Positions 25,801 through 37,976 of a stretch of DNA of 64,000 nt are shown here, one piece after another (position 1 is the stretch's first letter; the number at the start of each line of letters is the position of its first letter). The stretch covers positions 56,608,001 through 56,672,000 of the forward strand of contig NC_087437.1 in NCBI RefSeq assembly GCF_036321535.1. Reading direction: 5' to 3'. The notes below the pieces were generated by a model. That model had not been told where the DNA came from. It ran no database searches and saw only the letters and a list, made by a program, of their open reading frames with translations. The DNA comes from Camelus dromedarius (Eukaryota). The position numbers and the translations under genes were made by a program.

Positions 25801-28566
25801 TGGACGTTTACTCTGTGTGAAGATTGTGATAAATGAGACTCTTAACTTACACATGGTCCTTAAAAATTAGGAGATTATCTCACAAATAATGAGATAGAGC
25901 AAATATTACCTCCATTTTATAGGCGAACACCCCAAGGTTGAGGAAGTCTCAATTAATTCCTAAGGTGTCACAGTTAAAAGTGAAGAAGCTCAATTTGCTG
26001 ACGAGAGTCCTTTCTTCTTCCATAATGTCACTGACCTGTAGGGAAGGGAAATGTGATTCTTTTGTCAGTATTCTGATCTACTGATGTGAATAAATGCTAA
26101 TAATTGCCCATTCCAGTCTTCTTCTAGAAGCCCATTCCAAGGACATCGGAGGGATTATATTTACATCTATCAGAGGGCTACTCTGGGTGTCCAGCCTTTT
26201 TTCTTCCTTTTTTGGTAACAGGATAGCTCATAAGAAACCTAATCCATCCTTGATCATTTCAAAAGAAAGCATATTAATTAAAACTATTGTAGAAATTTTG
26301 TGTGAGGACAAGAGGATGGGCTAGGATGACTACTTATGATCCTTAAAATCAAAAGAAGGAAAGGCCAAGCCTCTGGCAATACGGTGCTCCACTCCCAAAG
26401 GAGGCTGGGAGTCCCAGGATGTACACACAGCTCTACCAGTGGATGGGGCCGTGGACTGCACTGCGCAGATGCCGCTTGCAGGTTCCACCCGCATTGATTC
26501 CCCTGTGGGTTACGGATGGACGAAGAATGACTCTCTGGCTCCTGTGAGGTGGCAAATCTCAGGAGACCAAAATGAAAGGAGGGTGTGTCTTGGCCTTTTG
26601 CCTGATTGTAGCAAGGGGTTCTGACTTCTTACTGCATCCTCATTAAAGAGCTGCTCCTGCTCTCAGCTTCAGAGCAACCAGAAGACCCTGAGGGAACATT
26701 ACCTTTAGAATTCTCCTGATTGTGGATCTGAGATCGTGGGCCTCATCCCAGAGGGACCACCCATTGAGTACTAAGGACTCTCTTGAAATAAGAAATTACC
26801 TTGAAACACCCTTTTTTATGCCTTATTATTTCAGATTATAAATGTGGAAAAGAGACGAGAAAAAAAAATCTGCCTTGCCTTTGAAAAAGTATCATTTAAC
26901 CCCTGATTTCCAAAGTGAGGGAGCAGAATGCTTTCTGTGTGTTAGAAGAAGTGGGCTCAGTGTTATAAATACACTTCCTCAACTATTTTACTGTCCCTTA
27001 GAATTATACTTAAAATGATTGACAGGAATGGGAATAATGACATCACTTCAGCAGGTATGAAATCTGTTGATTTCCTGTATAAAGAGAGGGAGAAAGAGGC
27101 TTCATGAGCATTGTTTATAAACTGCTACTTCAGGCTTTTGAATTAGCAGCAGAAGAGAGATTTATTTCCCTTTTAATTTAGCTTTCTTTTGTTATTAATA
27201 TTAATAACATTAATAAAGCATATTAATATTTTCACTGTGAGTTGGCTAACTTTTCCATCCTAGTCTCGTTATCCCAAATTTCTACAGTAGTTTTCAATTC
27301 GTATACTTCCTTTTTTTTGAAATGATGGAGGATGAATTAGGTCTTTTTTGAACAATCCCTTTTAGCAATGATGGGATTAAGAGCGTGTGGACCCCAGAAT
27401 AGCCATCTGATGAATGTAAGCAAAGATTTAAAACCCCCTCTAGCTCTGAGGCTTGTAAGAGTCTGTAACAGACTTCAGACTGCAAATACATTTACTGGTC
27501 CCAAAAATCATCATTGTGTTTTATAACAAAAAAAAGAACTAGGTGTAAAGTCAGTGCCTTGGGTCTCAACTACTTACTGCAATGTGATCTAGAAAACATT
27601 TAGAACCAGTTTTCTCATCTGTAAAATGGGAATCAAGATATTTCTAATAATCTGTACTTGCGACATCCATCTTCAAGGGTTACTTAGAGTGAGTGAGGTT
27701 TAGGGGTATTTCTCACCAAGAAAAAAGAAAATCCCTGCAAGGAGACTAAATAAAATCCAGATTATCCATTACTGGTAACCCGTGTAACAATGGGTTATTG
27801 GCCTGACATGCAAGTCTCAAACCATTTCTCTTGATATTAATCTTCCCCTTAGGGATAAGTGCATGGCTAGTATAGTGGCCTCAGGGAAAATCTGCTCACA
27901 ATTTTCATGTGCAGTCACCAAAATACTTTCATAATCTCCTATGGTATAACTGAGACCAGTCTGGAGCATATAACTGAGGCTTTATTCATTTGGGAGGGTG
28001 GTGTTACAAGGTGAAGGGTAAGGAGAATGTCACAAATCTAGACAGTATCTCATGGGATATAGCTTGCTGCTCTGCAAGCTCATATTGCCTGTCTCATCCT
28101 GGCTGCTGTCACACTTTTGTGTGGTGAGGACTATCTTAACACCGTTCCAGAATCCACTCCTAATAATTAGCTTTCCTTGAGATCCCAAGCCACATTCCTG
28201 ACAATTTTGCTTGAGCACCTAGATCCAGCCATATCTGAAGCACAAGCTTTTCAATTATGAGTGCTAATTATTCCCTTGCTTTGACTAAGCACGTTTAAGT
28301 TATTTTCTTCGATTTATAGCCAAGTTACTTTGAGAACATATTTCATCTTTATATCTTCTGCAGAGTGTGGCACAGAATATATCTGTTGAATAAGTGTCTC
28401 ACTTACTGATCATACCACTATTTGGAGATTCAAATACATATATTTTTATGACTTAAAATTCATGGCAGAAATGAGTAGAGAACACATTTTCTTAATCTAT
28501 TGCTCCATTCACTGAAAAGGTTTCTAAAAGAAGGCCATGAACAAGTAGGATTAAATGTTTTTGTCA

Positions 28567-28580
28567 TTTATTTATTTATT
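28567..28580 (-). terminator. Candidate distal polyadenylation signals (three overlapping AATAAA)
   Basis: Plus-strand tttatttatttatt reads AATAAATAAATAAA on the gene strand, in a very AT-rich block. It could equally be a simple (ATTT)n repeat. Confidence 0.25.
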
Positions 28581-29157
28581 AGATATAAATTCATTACAAA
28601 ATTGACTCATATACAATTAGAAATATTTTAAATCATAGACAAATCATAATCACTTAAAATATTAAGTGTTAAATTATATTTTACATTTATAGAATATCCA
28701 ATGTAAGAATTATAACTGGATGTCTAGTTATGTTCATGTAACAAAAAATGTAGATAAAATATGACAAATATGTTAAGAAATATATATTTGCAGCTTATAA
28801 ATCAATCTTATTTGGTTTAGTAAAAAAAATTTAATGGTGCATTTAATATTTACCTTATGTGACTCTTTTGGTAAACTGAAACAAATGTAAACTGTGTATC
28901 TTAACTTTATAGGCAAGAAGCAAATTTATCAAAAAATTACCACAGACGTATTAACCCTATACTTTCGTAGATTGGTTGTTCATTTGTCACAGTTTTTTTT
29001 TTTAAATTGTTTTCTTGAAATAGATCAAGCAGAGCAATTCTTTCCATTGATTCACATAGTTTCTTTTCTTCAAAATTTTCAAAATTGTAGTTTAGCATCA
29101 CTGCAGTATTAAACAACCCCATTCATTAAATGTCACTTTCATAAGTAAGGTTTCCCA

Positions 29158-29541
29158 ATTGGAATATGAGTAAAGGACCATGCCAGCAATAAAGTAAAAC
29201 TACAAAATCCTCTGTGACTTTAGAAAAAGAGGACTGTGATGAAGACAGTGCTGATAATCTGTTTTTGCTTCATCCAACCAGCTTTCCTGCTGCCTGCCAC
29301 CTCTGGAACAGGTAGATATTAGCACTGCCTGACCAAATCATAGCCAATAAACTTAGAGTCAACTTCCATAGCTTCATTTATAGGCAAGAAGTCACCAAAA
29401 AACAAGCAAGCAAATTGACCTAGCTCTTTTAAAAAAAATGGTTTATTGTCCTAGAACAAAACTGGCAAAAACTCAAGTTCCAAGTCGCAGAACTTGCATC
29501 TTTTAAAAAAGTTTACTAGTAATTATTCTTATATGTATTCC
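29158..29541 (+). repeat. Direct duplication, copy A (384 bp)
   Basis: Aligns base by base with 44342-44721 (offset 15184). Differences are 6 substitutions, A8 versus A6, and two 1-bp indels near the right end; 29246-29422 matches perfectly. Confidence 0.97.
29385..29447 (-). terminator. Candidate GMNC polyadenylation cassette
   Basis: Minus strand reads AATAAA (29442-29447), then ccattttttttaaaagagctaggtcaa, then the GU/U-rich tttgcttgcttgttttttggtg. Confidence 0.55.
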
Positions 29542-32354
29542 AGATACTAGTGAGACACAAGTATGATTCATTTTCAAATGATCAGAGGACATTGGAAATG
29601 TCATCAAGTTTTAAAAATTGATACTGAGTTTTAATTTTTATGGGAGGTTAGGTAAGAGAGTGCTGTTCACGCAAAACACTTGACCTCTCAGGCCACTTAA
29701 CATCTGAAAGCCTCGTTAATATATCCTGGGTAAAGGAAAGAACCATTGAGTCCTAAATGCTGAAAATATTCGTCTGGCCATATATATCATACAAAAGAGG
29801 TGCAAATCAAAAGATTACGGTTAAAACCTAGGAGAGGAAAATCCATTCTTGGAAAATGTTATGCACAATATAAAAATATTCATTGAAATCACAAAAGAGC
29901 TGTTTAACTTTTATTTTTCACTTTATATTAGTAAAATATTAACTGTGGTTTACTAGAGAGACATAGTAAAACCATAAAAGTTAGAACATATACTCAGGTG
30001 AGAGAAAGTTCTAATTTTTCAAACATCAACAAAATAATTTTCTATACATAATTCAAGAGAACATCGAATTCCTGTTAGATGAGATTGTGATAATCTGGTG
30101 TAGTTTTCTCCCATATAGGCCAGAGCAGGTTATCATAATTTACCACAAATATGCTGTAATTTCTTTAAACCAGGCTGAGACCAGGTTTCATTTAAAAGCT
30201 ATTACATTTAATGTGGCTTTGTTTTATGTATCAAATGCATTCTGTTAAGCCCAGGTATTTCCTCATAGTACCTAACCCCCAGTGAAGCACATAAAAATGC
30301 AAAATAATTATTTGTTGACTAATCAATTTTGTGTTACAGCATGATCATTTAGGCTTTCAAAATATTTATGTTGCTTTTTTGATTCTTAATATTAAAGTAT
30401 AGTCAGTTTTAGTTTTTAAATGTGTTATTAAAGAGAGATACATTTCGCCTCTACCAGGGGAACAGATACTAGAATACAGACACTTTTTAAAAATTTTGTT
30501 TTTAGAAAATAGAAAGTGTTCTAGCTCTTTCTAAGACATGAAGATAATTAACATATTTAATTGCCCTTCATGGATTACAAAGAAATCTGAGTGATAACAA
30601 AACTTTATGGAATAGATTATTTACTCACATCACCAGAAGAAAGCAAACACCAAACAGCAACAAAAGACATGTCTTAGTTACAAAGAATTCCAAATAGCAC
30701 ACTCATGCTCTGAGGCATTGATTGTACAAGATGACTTACTGAAAGGTGAAAAACAGAAAAATGGGGAAGGGGTTCAACACAGTGGATTTATCAACTGAAG
30801 TTTGGTCCAAAAAAATAAAAAACAGGTGCACATCTTTGATATGTAAATTATTCTGGGAAGGTTAGAGAGCTTGGGGAATTGGAAAGAGGGAGAATTAGAA
30901 TGAGCAAAAAGAATACTTCTTTAAAAAATTTAGGAACAGAAATCTTTGACATCAATATTTCCATTAAATCTATGAGCTCTTATTTAAAAATTAAGGTCTC
31001 TATTTTTTAGGTGCATGTTCTCACGAAGACTGAATTAACCCACAAAATAGGCTCATACCAGAAAAAGAATACTGTGATCAGAGTAATGGTTTCTAGTGTT
31101 AACTATACATGGCTCACACGTTTCAAAAACTGTACATAAATTTCACCCAACATATCTGCAATGCCAATCAAAAAGTAGAGAACAGTGACCTGGGGTGGCA
31201 GCATTGGAGCAAAGCTGTTGGGGCCCTGTCTCAATTTATAGACTGTTAGTGATTACCTAGTCCACCATCTGTACTCTGCAGCTGGGAAAACTGAAACTTC
31301 ACACCAGCTTTCTCAAGGTCAAGGCAGATGAGTAGGTCTCCCATGAGTGTGGCCACAGTGTCTGACTTGTTCACTTTTTATTACCAGCCCATAGCACAAT
31401 GCCTGGTACACCACTGATGTTCTACAAATATTTTGGGTGGGTTGATAAATGAAGACATGAATGACTGAATGAATGAGACAGTGTCAGAGCTAGGCTAGAT
31501 TATACTTGGAGGAGTAGAAGGTTATCAGCATCTAAGTAGTTTTGGATCGTGACTTATCCTGTTACCACAAGCATCTCAGAAATGTTTTTGTTAGATCCAT
31601 GTTGGTTGCCGACACAATGCCAAGTGCCTAGAGAAGCTAATATACTATGCAGGCATTTTGGAGTAATTTTAATTCTCTTCTATCTTTCAATTTATCAGTG
31701 GTGTTGCTTATCAGTAGAGTTACAGCTGCTTGAAGAGATTTTTTTGTCAACTCCACCATGGGACACTCAACTTACCGAACTGCCCTACACAAAGCATTAC
31801 TCACAACTGCACTGTGTCTTCAGGAATGGGACTGGGCAGAGACACTTGCTTCCACCCCACCCTCGGTTATTTGAACACTCAATAACAGGTACTTGGAGCA
31901 ATTATAATGCTCATTTCAAAGGCAGTTTTTAGAAATGAAGAGGAGCAGGAGAGGAATAAAAGTGAAAAGGTGACGGCTGTGAACATTTAAACGGCTTGAT
32001 GAGAAGAGAAAAGCTGTTAGGTGTGTTATAATTGGAACAGCATATGTAACTCTCAGAGGAATATTCAGGCAATTGGAAAAATACCTTTTCAAGTATAGGG
32101 CAGAGGGAGGACGTCAACAGCAGGTGTGGGTGTGTAAACAAGTCAAATTTAGGTGAAAGAAGAGCAGGCATGTTTCATTATGGATTCTTGGAAGCCATTC
32201 CCTGCAGATGGAAGTGGGTAATTGAGAGTGACATTTCAAGTGGCAGGAGACAGTCTGGGCAAGAGCTTGCATTTTCCACAGAGTCGGGTTCAAGTGCAAG
32301 AGAGGTCTTTGTAAACAGAGTTCATGGCAGTCCTTTGTGATAGAAGAGGGGTCA
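29420..32354 (-). other. GMNC: Probable GMNC 3' UTR (~2.9 kb)
   Basis: Follows the stop codon. The end is inferred from the AATAAA at 29442-29447 (minus) and its downstream GU/U-rich element. No transcript evidence is available. Confidence 0.5.
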
Positions 32355-32975
32355 TTAAGACTGCTTAGGGACCCAGGTAAACTTCCAGCCTCCCTCTTCA
32401 TCTCGACGAACAAAGGCTTGTCCCTGGTGGAAGGAGTGAGTTTTCACATTACAGTGAGGGCTCAGGGATGTGGAAAAGGCCACCTCCGTCTTATTGCGCA
32501 ACACATCAGAAGCATAGTAAGGAGGAGTCTGCAGCCCTCCTGGGGGACTGGAAAGCTGAGAAGGGAAGTGAAACTCTCCCCCGTGGCTGGAAGTGCTGTG
32601 TGAAGGGGCCGTTCTGTCACCTCCACAGTCAATGGGCAGATCTTGCCCGGGGGCATTGTGATAACCAACCGCATCATCCAGAAACTGGGGGAACGCACTG
32701 GTGGTCCGTGCTGGATGGGACAAGAGGGCACTGTAGTTAGCTGATGAGGTGTCATCAATGGTGTTGAGATCTTTTAACCCCAGAGTTCGAAGAACCCAGG
32801 GATCCACAGGGGGCCCCGGCTGTTCTTCACAGTTAGCAAATTCACTAGAGAGGTTTCTCTTGGCATTTTTATGATGGGGAATCTCAGGAGGAAAATATCT
32901 TTGCTCCCTGGGTTTCCTCTTCCCCTTTCTGAAGTTTCCACGTGCTCTGGAGAACTCCTCTGATGACAGCAATTT
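32355..32975 (-). CDS. GMNC: GMNC coding exon 5 (621 nt including stop), C-terminal TIRT domain
   Basis: Acceptor ctctccag|AAA. Translates KLLSSEEFSRARGNFRKGKRK...AFSTSLSPHCNVKTHSFHQGQAFVRRDEEGGWKFTWVPKQS*. The C-terminus is the TIRT domain shared with MCIDAS (E2F4/5-DP1 binding). The exons sum to 3+175+89+117+621 = 1005 nt, or 334 aa. Confidence 0.97.
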   Translation of the reverse strand, partial: KLLSSEEFSRARGNFRKGKRKPREQRYFPPEIPHHKNAKRNLSSEFANCEEQPGPPVDPWVLRTLGLKDLNTIDDTSSANYSALLSHPARTTSAFPQFLDDAVGYHNAPGQDLPIDCGGDRTAPSHSTSSHGGEFHFPSQLSSPPGGLQTPPYYASDVLRNKTEVAFSTSLSPHCNVKTHSFHQGQAFVRRDEEGGWKFTWVPKQS

Positions 32976-33289
32976 CTGGAGAGGTAATATTTGAAAATAC
33001 ACAGTCAGATAATCAACCTACATCATTTTCTTCACTGTTGTCAGATAGTGACTAATCACCTTCATTCCTCAGGCAATTTGATTAAATTTCTATTTTTTTC
33101 CACAAAGATGCAAAAGCGACTGGATTAACTTGTTTCTAAATTAAAATCTATGATGACAAGTTATCACCTAGAAATTCCAATTCATATTAGTTTGCTAGTC
33201 ATGTAAAAGCTGAAAGGATTAAAAGATGTCTATAAAATTTCAATTCAGGGAAGTAATGATGATGATCATTATAATGGCAATAATAGCAA

Positions 33290-33450
33290 CTATCATTTAT
33301 TGAGGACTGGTTGAATGCACTATCTCATTTTATGTAGATACTATTAAAATCCAGTTTAATGAGGAAACTGAGGCACAGGCATATTAGCAACTTGCTAAGG
33401 ATCACGCAGCCTAGGTTTAAAACTAAGCCATCTGAATCCAGATAGAACCA
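33290..33450 (-). mobile_element. MIR SINE (GMNC intron 4)
   Basis: atgaggaaactgaggcacagg...caacttgctaaggatcacgcagc. Confidence 0.65.
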
Positions 33451-33905
33451 CTAATTGAAATGCCATGTATCATCACTTCCTCTAATTTTATTAACTATCT
33501 TAGCATTCCCATGTTATATGTATCATATCATTCTAAAGCTTGCAAAATTGAGAACGAGAGACAAATTTGCCTAATTAATATCACTTACTAATTTAATAAC
33601 TGTCTTTTTTCTTTTTTTTTATAGAATGGTGGCTGGAGATAGGAACCCAGGCTAATGATTATAAGATGTGCTCCTTTTTTAAACAAAGCTGACTGAATTC
33701 TGAAGGAATTGTTATATATGGTAAAAGCCGTAGGAAACATGATTGATTTAGATAAATGAGCAGCCTGCCTAGAAGTAAGGTAAATACTGATAATAGAAAC
33801 AATAATGATAATAGAATAGCAAACAGACAACAAAATATAAAACCCAAAGAGAGGAAGAACCAAAAAGAAAAAAATAAACAAAGACTGTGGGCAAGGTATT
33901 TATCC

Positions 33906-34127
33906 TTTTTTTTTTTTTAATTGAGATATAGTCAGTTTATAATGTGTCAATTTCTGGTGTATGGCAAAATGTTTCAGTCATACATGAATATACATACACT
34001 CATTTTCATATTCTTTTTCACCATAAGCTACTACAAGATATTGAATATAGTTCCCTGTGCTACACAGTACAAACTTATTTATCTATTTTATATATATTAG
34101 TCAGTATCTACAAATCTCAAACTCCCA
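33906..34127 (-). mobile_element. 5'-truncated LINE-1 3' end in GMNC intron 4, sense to the gene
   Basis: T13 tail (33906-33918) and L1 3' UTR sequence related to 20130-20355. 12-bp TSD GTATTTATCCTT at 33896-33907 and 34128-34139. Confidence 0.9.
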
Positions 34128-34284
34128 GTATTTATCCTTGAGTTAGGAACAGTTCATTTTAAAAGAGTAAGAAAAAAAAGTTCATTAAAAGATAAATATT
34201 TGGCTAGATCTAATTGCTAGTCAAGAGATCTGGGCTTCAGCCATATTGATAACATTTCAGAGCTCGAAAGATTCTAAAAAGATC

Positions 34285-34400
34285 TTTTAGCTCATTCATT
34301 TACAAATGAAGTAACTGAGGCCCCAAGTGAAAGAGTGACTTACCCAAAGTCAAACAGGTAATTAGAAGAACCCAGCGTGTCTCAGATCTAATTCCCACAT
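34285..34400 (-). mobile_element. MIR SINE (GMNC intron 4)
   Basis: catttacaaatgaagtaactgaggcccc...agtgacttacccaaagtcaaacag. Confidence 0.6.
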
Positions 34401-34714
34401 CAAGGTTCCATCCGTCTAACTCTACCTTTTGATTAACCTCTGTTGTCTCAGCAATCGCCTTGATTGGTATTTGATTCTTAAGCAACTTCTTTTGTAATAT
34501 ATGGCTGAAATCTACCATCTAGATACTTCAGAGAAATGATACATAGAAATTCTCGTGAAAGTGCTAAATTTCCTTCAAAAAAATTCACCCGCCTATTCAT
34601 GCATTTCAAGACACATTGTTTAATACACCTCTTACACTTAATCAAGGAGTTTTACCCAAATGGCCTTCTTTTGCAAATCACTGCTCTGTCCTTGTAAAGG
34701 GGATAGTCACATAC

Positions 34715-34831
34715 CTTGGCCTTTTCCTCAAGACATTTAACTAAAGCAGAATTCAGGTATTGTCTGAGATGATTATTCTCTTCGTGTAACCTAGCAAGTT
34801 CTTCTTCTTTCTGCACCAGAGTATCTTGGAG
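34715..34831 (-). CDS. GMNC: GMNC coding exon 4 (117 nt), geminin-family coiled coil
   Basis: Acceptor tttttgcag|CTC and donor AAG|gtatgt. Translates LQDTLVQKEEELARLHEENNHLRQYLNSALVKCLEEKAK, with a heptad pattern. Confidence 0.96.
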
Positions 34832-35741
34832 CTGCAAAAAGCAGACAATGGTGAAGGCTGCTCCACTATGTTGACTCTGTAACCTTATAATAATGCCACT
34901 GATCCATAAATGCTTAAACTTGATTATTATTCTGTTTGTTTTATGAACTCAATCTCAGGTAGCCCTGGTCCTCAGAGGCCTAAGTTCAATCTACACCCAC
35001 CTACCACCTGATTGTTCAGTTTTATTCATTGTAAAGTATTTGCAGATATTATATGACTTTTAAAATTGTAACCACAAGGGAATTGGGAAGGTATGTAGGA
35101 AAATGAGCTGCGTGCAACTGTTTAAATATAGAACACAGTGTTTAGACAGGTTTCGTTGAACCCCTTCCTTGCATGTTAAAAAAAAAAAAGAGAGAGAGAA
35201 AAAGATGTGGGTTGGCCTCCCTTAGCCACCGATCAATCTGTTTGTACGTCCACTGGATTAAATCACTCTCTTGGAAGTAACAACAAACAAAATCTGGAAA
35301 ATGAAGCAACCTCTGCAAGAACTTTTATAATCACCATCCCTTTTCCAAGTGATGAGCTGCTTATAGTTGAAAAATACTGTCACACTCATTATATCATTTG
35401 ATCTTTTCACCAACCCTCTGAGGTGGGCAGCACAAATATCTCCATCTCTTAGATGAGGAAAAGGAGGATTTAAGAGGTCATACCACTAACGTGTGTAAGG
35501 TCAGGGCTTGATTGCAGGTCTTCCTCAGGGGTTTTGGTTGTTGCTGGCTTGGTTGCTGTTATTTGCTGTCACATTGATGACCTAACTTTGATTACTCTGT
35601 GGACAAATATCCTCCTTGGTTCTCAACTGAAAGTTAATGCATTGAACACGGGGAAAGAAGCGATGTAACACTCAGGGATGATGTTGAGAATGAACTGCCT
35701 GGCACATGGTTGGTCTCCATGTTCTGATTATCTACACATAC

Positions 35742-35830
35742 CTGCTTGTTTCTGTAGAGCTGAGAGGAAAGCTGAGCCTCTTCCCATGAACATGAATTAG
35801 GAACAGGGAAATTCGAGTCACTGGATGATT
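35742..35830 (-). CDS. GMNC: GMNC coding exon 3 (89 nt)
   Basis: Acceptor tttcacatag|AA and donor CAG|gtatgt. Translates (E)SSSDSNFPVPNSCSWEEAQLSSQLYRNKQ, visible inside ORF 35634..35867. Confidence 0.95.
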
Positions 35831-37163
35831 CTATGTGAAAACACCAAATGGATAACTGAGAAAACAAATGTGCAGTGTCTGTGTAATAAAAAACTCAGTG
35901 AAGAATTTCAGAAAGGTAATCAGTTCAATTACCTTTCTAAAATTAGCCATTGCCTCCACATGGGAAAATAACATATTTAAAGCTTTCAGAAGGGGCAAGC
36001 ATGCTACGAAAGACAAATATTTATAGACTATATGCCAAAGTGGCTATAGAGGTGAATTTTTAGAAGTCAAGAGGTCATGTTCCTTCCTAATATATGTATT
36101 CCTGCTTGCTAAATTTATAAAGACTGTCCCTGTCCCATGTACATTATTAGTCAAGCAATTGTTTACTGGCCCTGCCCCCAACTGGGCTTACATTGCAATT
36201 CCACTATGTTTTTCAGGTTTCTATCTCATTTTCTAATCTTTCCTTTCTTCATCTAGCACAGTTCTGATGCTTGCCCTCCTCTACCTAAACTGAAATATGA
36301 CTGACATATTTTTGATTAAAGTGGAATGATGGGCAAGGAAAACAGGAATACAATTTTATATACTCTTTGGCTTTATAATTTTGGGTATTCTGCTTGTTCT
36401 GTTGCTTGTGGTAGGAAGCTACAATTGAACAACTTCCTTCGTGACATATAAGTGTGTTTCAATATTTGGGGGCTTTTTGTTTTTGTCTTTTCTTCAATTC
36501 AATAAAATCATATTGCAGAACTGACAGCACAGATACTGAATTCTGAAATGTCTTAGAGTTTTTCTAGAAACTTGAGTGATAAGACAAAAACTCCTTTACT
36601 GTTTATAAACCCTGTTTACTAAGCCCCAGGGCAAAATTAATGTGTAATTTCCCATCAAAGTTACACTTCCCTCCAAAGTTGCTGAAGTCTTCTTTAGGCA
36701 AAAACGAAATCATTTTTCCCACTTATAAGAAATTATTCATAGAATTTCCTTTATGAAATAAAAGATTAAGTTAGTATTTCTCTTTGCTTCTTTCTCTCAT
36801 ACCCAGGGAAACTTCCCTAAATTCCAAAAGAAAAGCTCCAACTGGTATCTTGATTCCAAAAGCATCCCACTAGCATTGTTTATAAAACTTTGACCCAGAC
36901 CCAAACTTTCTCAGTGAGTTGGAAATCTCCAAGAACTATAAAGTAGAGGAAGAAATACATATTGTCCAGTGGTTAAGGGGAAGAATCCTATGGTCACTAT
37001 TTGGCAATTACAAAAAAGCAGGTTATTTAGGATACAACATACAGGAGTTTGGGGCTTTCTTATCATACCTTCTTCTACAGAGTTTCAGCCCATGATGCTT
37101 TGCGACTATGAGTACTGGAAAAGGGCTTCAGATCCACCAGAAAAGCAGAAGAGCAGAACTTAC

Positions 37164-37338
37164 CCTGTGCCTGTGGTGCTTGTTGGGGCTCTCTGTTGTC
37201 CAGGAGACCAGCAGCCCAGAAAGAGACCCAAGTCTCCGTGGAAACGTCAACACTAGATTCTGACGTTGTAGCGGAATACGGGCAATTATAGCTCTGGCCT
37301 CCTACAAAGTACTGGTCTTGGCAAGGCAGAACGGTGTT
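37164..37338 (-). CDS. GMNC: GMNC coding exon 2 (175 nt)
   Basis: Acceptor tttcacag|AAC and donor CAGG|gtaagt. Translates NTVLPCQDQYFVGGQSYNCPYSATTSESSVDVSTETWVSFWAAGLLDNREPQQAPQAQ plus 1 nt (phase 1). Confidence 0.95.
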
Positions 37339-37919
37339 CTGTGAAATTCAGTATGCAGGATGGGGGGGTCCCAAGAGATGGGGTGATGGGGATTTGGAGG
37401 GGGAAAAGAGTGGGAGAAAGAAGCAGAAAATATATAAAAACAATAAAGGTGTTAAGTATAGATCCCAGATTAATGTTGAGTGGTCCAAACATAATTACTG
37501 AAAGAGAATCAGGTCCTTGGTTTACCCAGTAATTCCCTTAGGTCCACTCAGCAAAGAAAAGGCTAGTATTAGCTGGGCCACATTTGTAACTATCCAGGAG
37601 TATTCTCTGTTGCCATGTCTGAGTCATCTAACAGGCTACCCAAGATCTAAGTAAAAGGAATTCTACTTAATGAATGAAACACGTAAGAACGATTTGACTC
37701 TTTCTAGCAAATGTCTTAATTATATTTCGAATAACCTTGAAAGACAAAGAACGCAGGATGCTAAGGCTGAAACGGACAGAAGATGACATATAATCTAAAC
37801 TCCTCATTTTAGTTTCTAAGTGTCTGAGCTATAAACCTGTCCCATTCCTCTCTTCCTTCTTCCTCTTTTCCTCTGGTTTTCAGTGCTGTTCGATCCTATG
37901 GTGATCTGAATAGTTTGAG

Positions 37920-37976
37920 GTATATATATATACATACACACATACACATATATATGCACACACATATACATATATG
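37920..37976. repeat. Compound (TA/CA)n microsatellite in GMNC intron 1
   Basis: Directly visible. Confidence 0.85.

Noticed and set aside
28906..28920. 15-mer TTTATAGGCAAGAAG also present inside both duplicate copies (29377-29391, 44561-44575)
   Set aside because: Too short to separate from chance in a 64-kb AT-rich window, and the similarity does not extend contiguously.
32337..32758. Alternative-frame and antisense ORFs overlapping GMNC exon 5
   Set aside because: Shadow ORFs of a real coding exon with no independent support.
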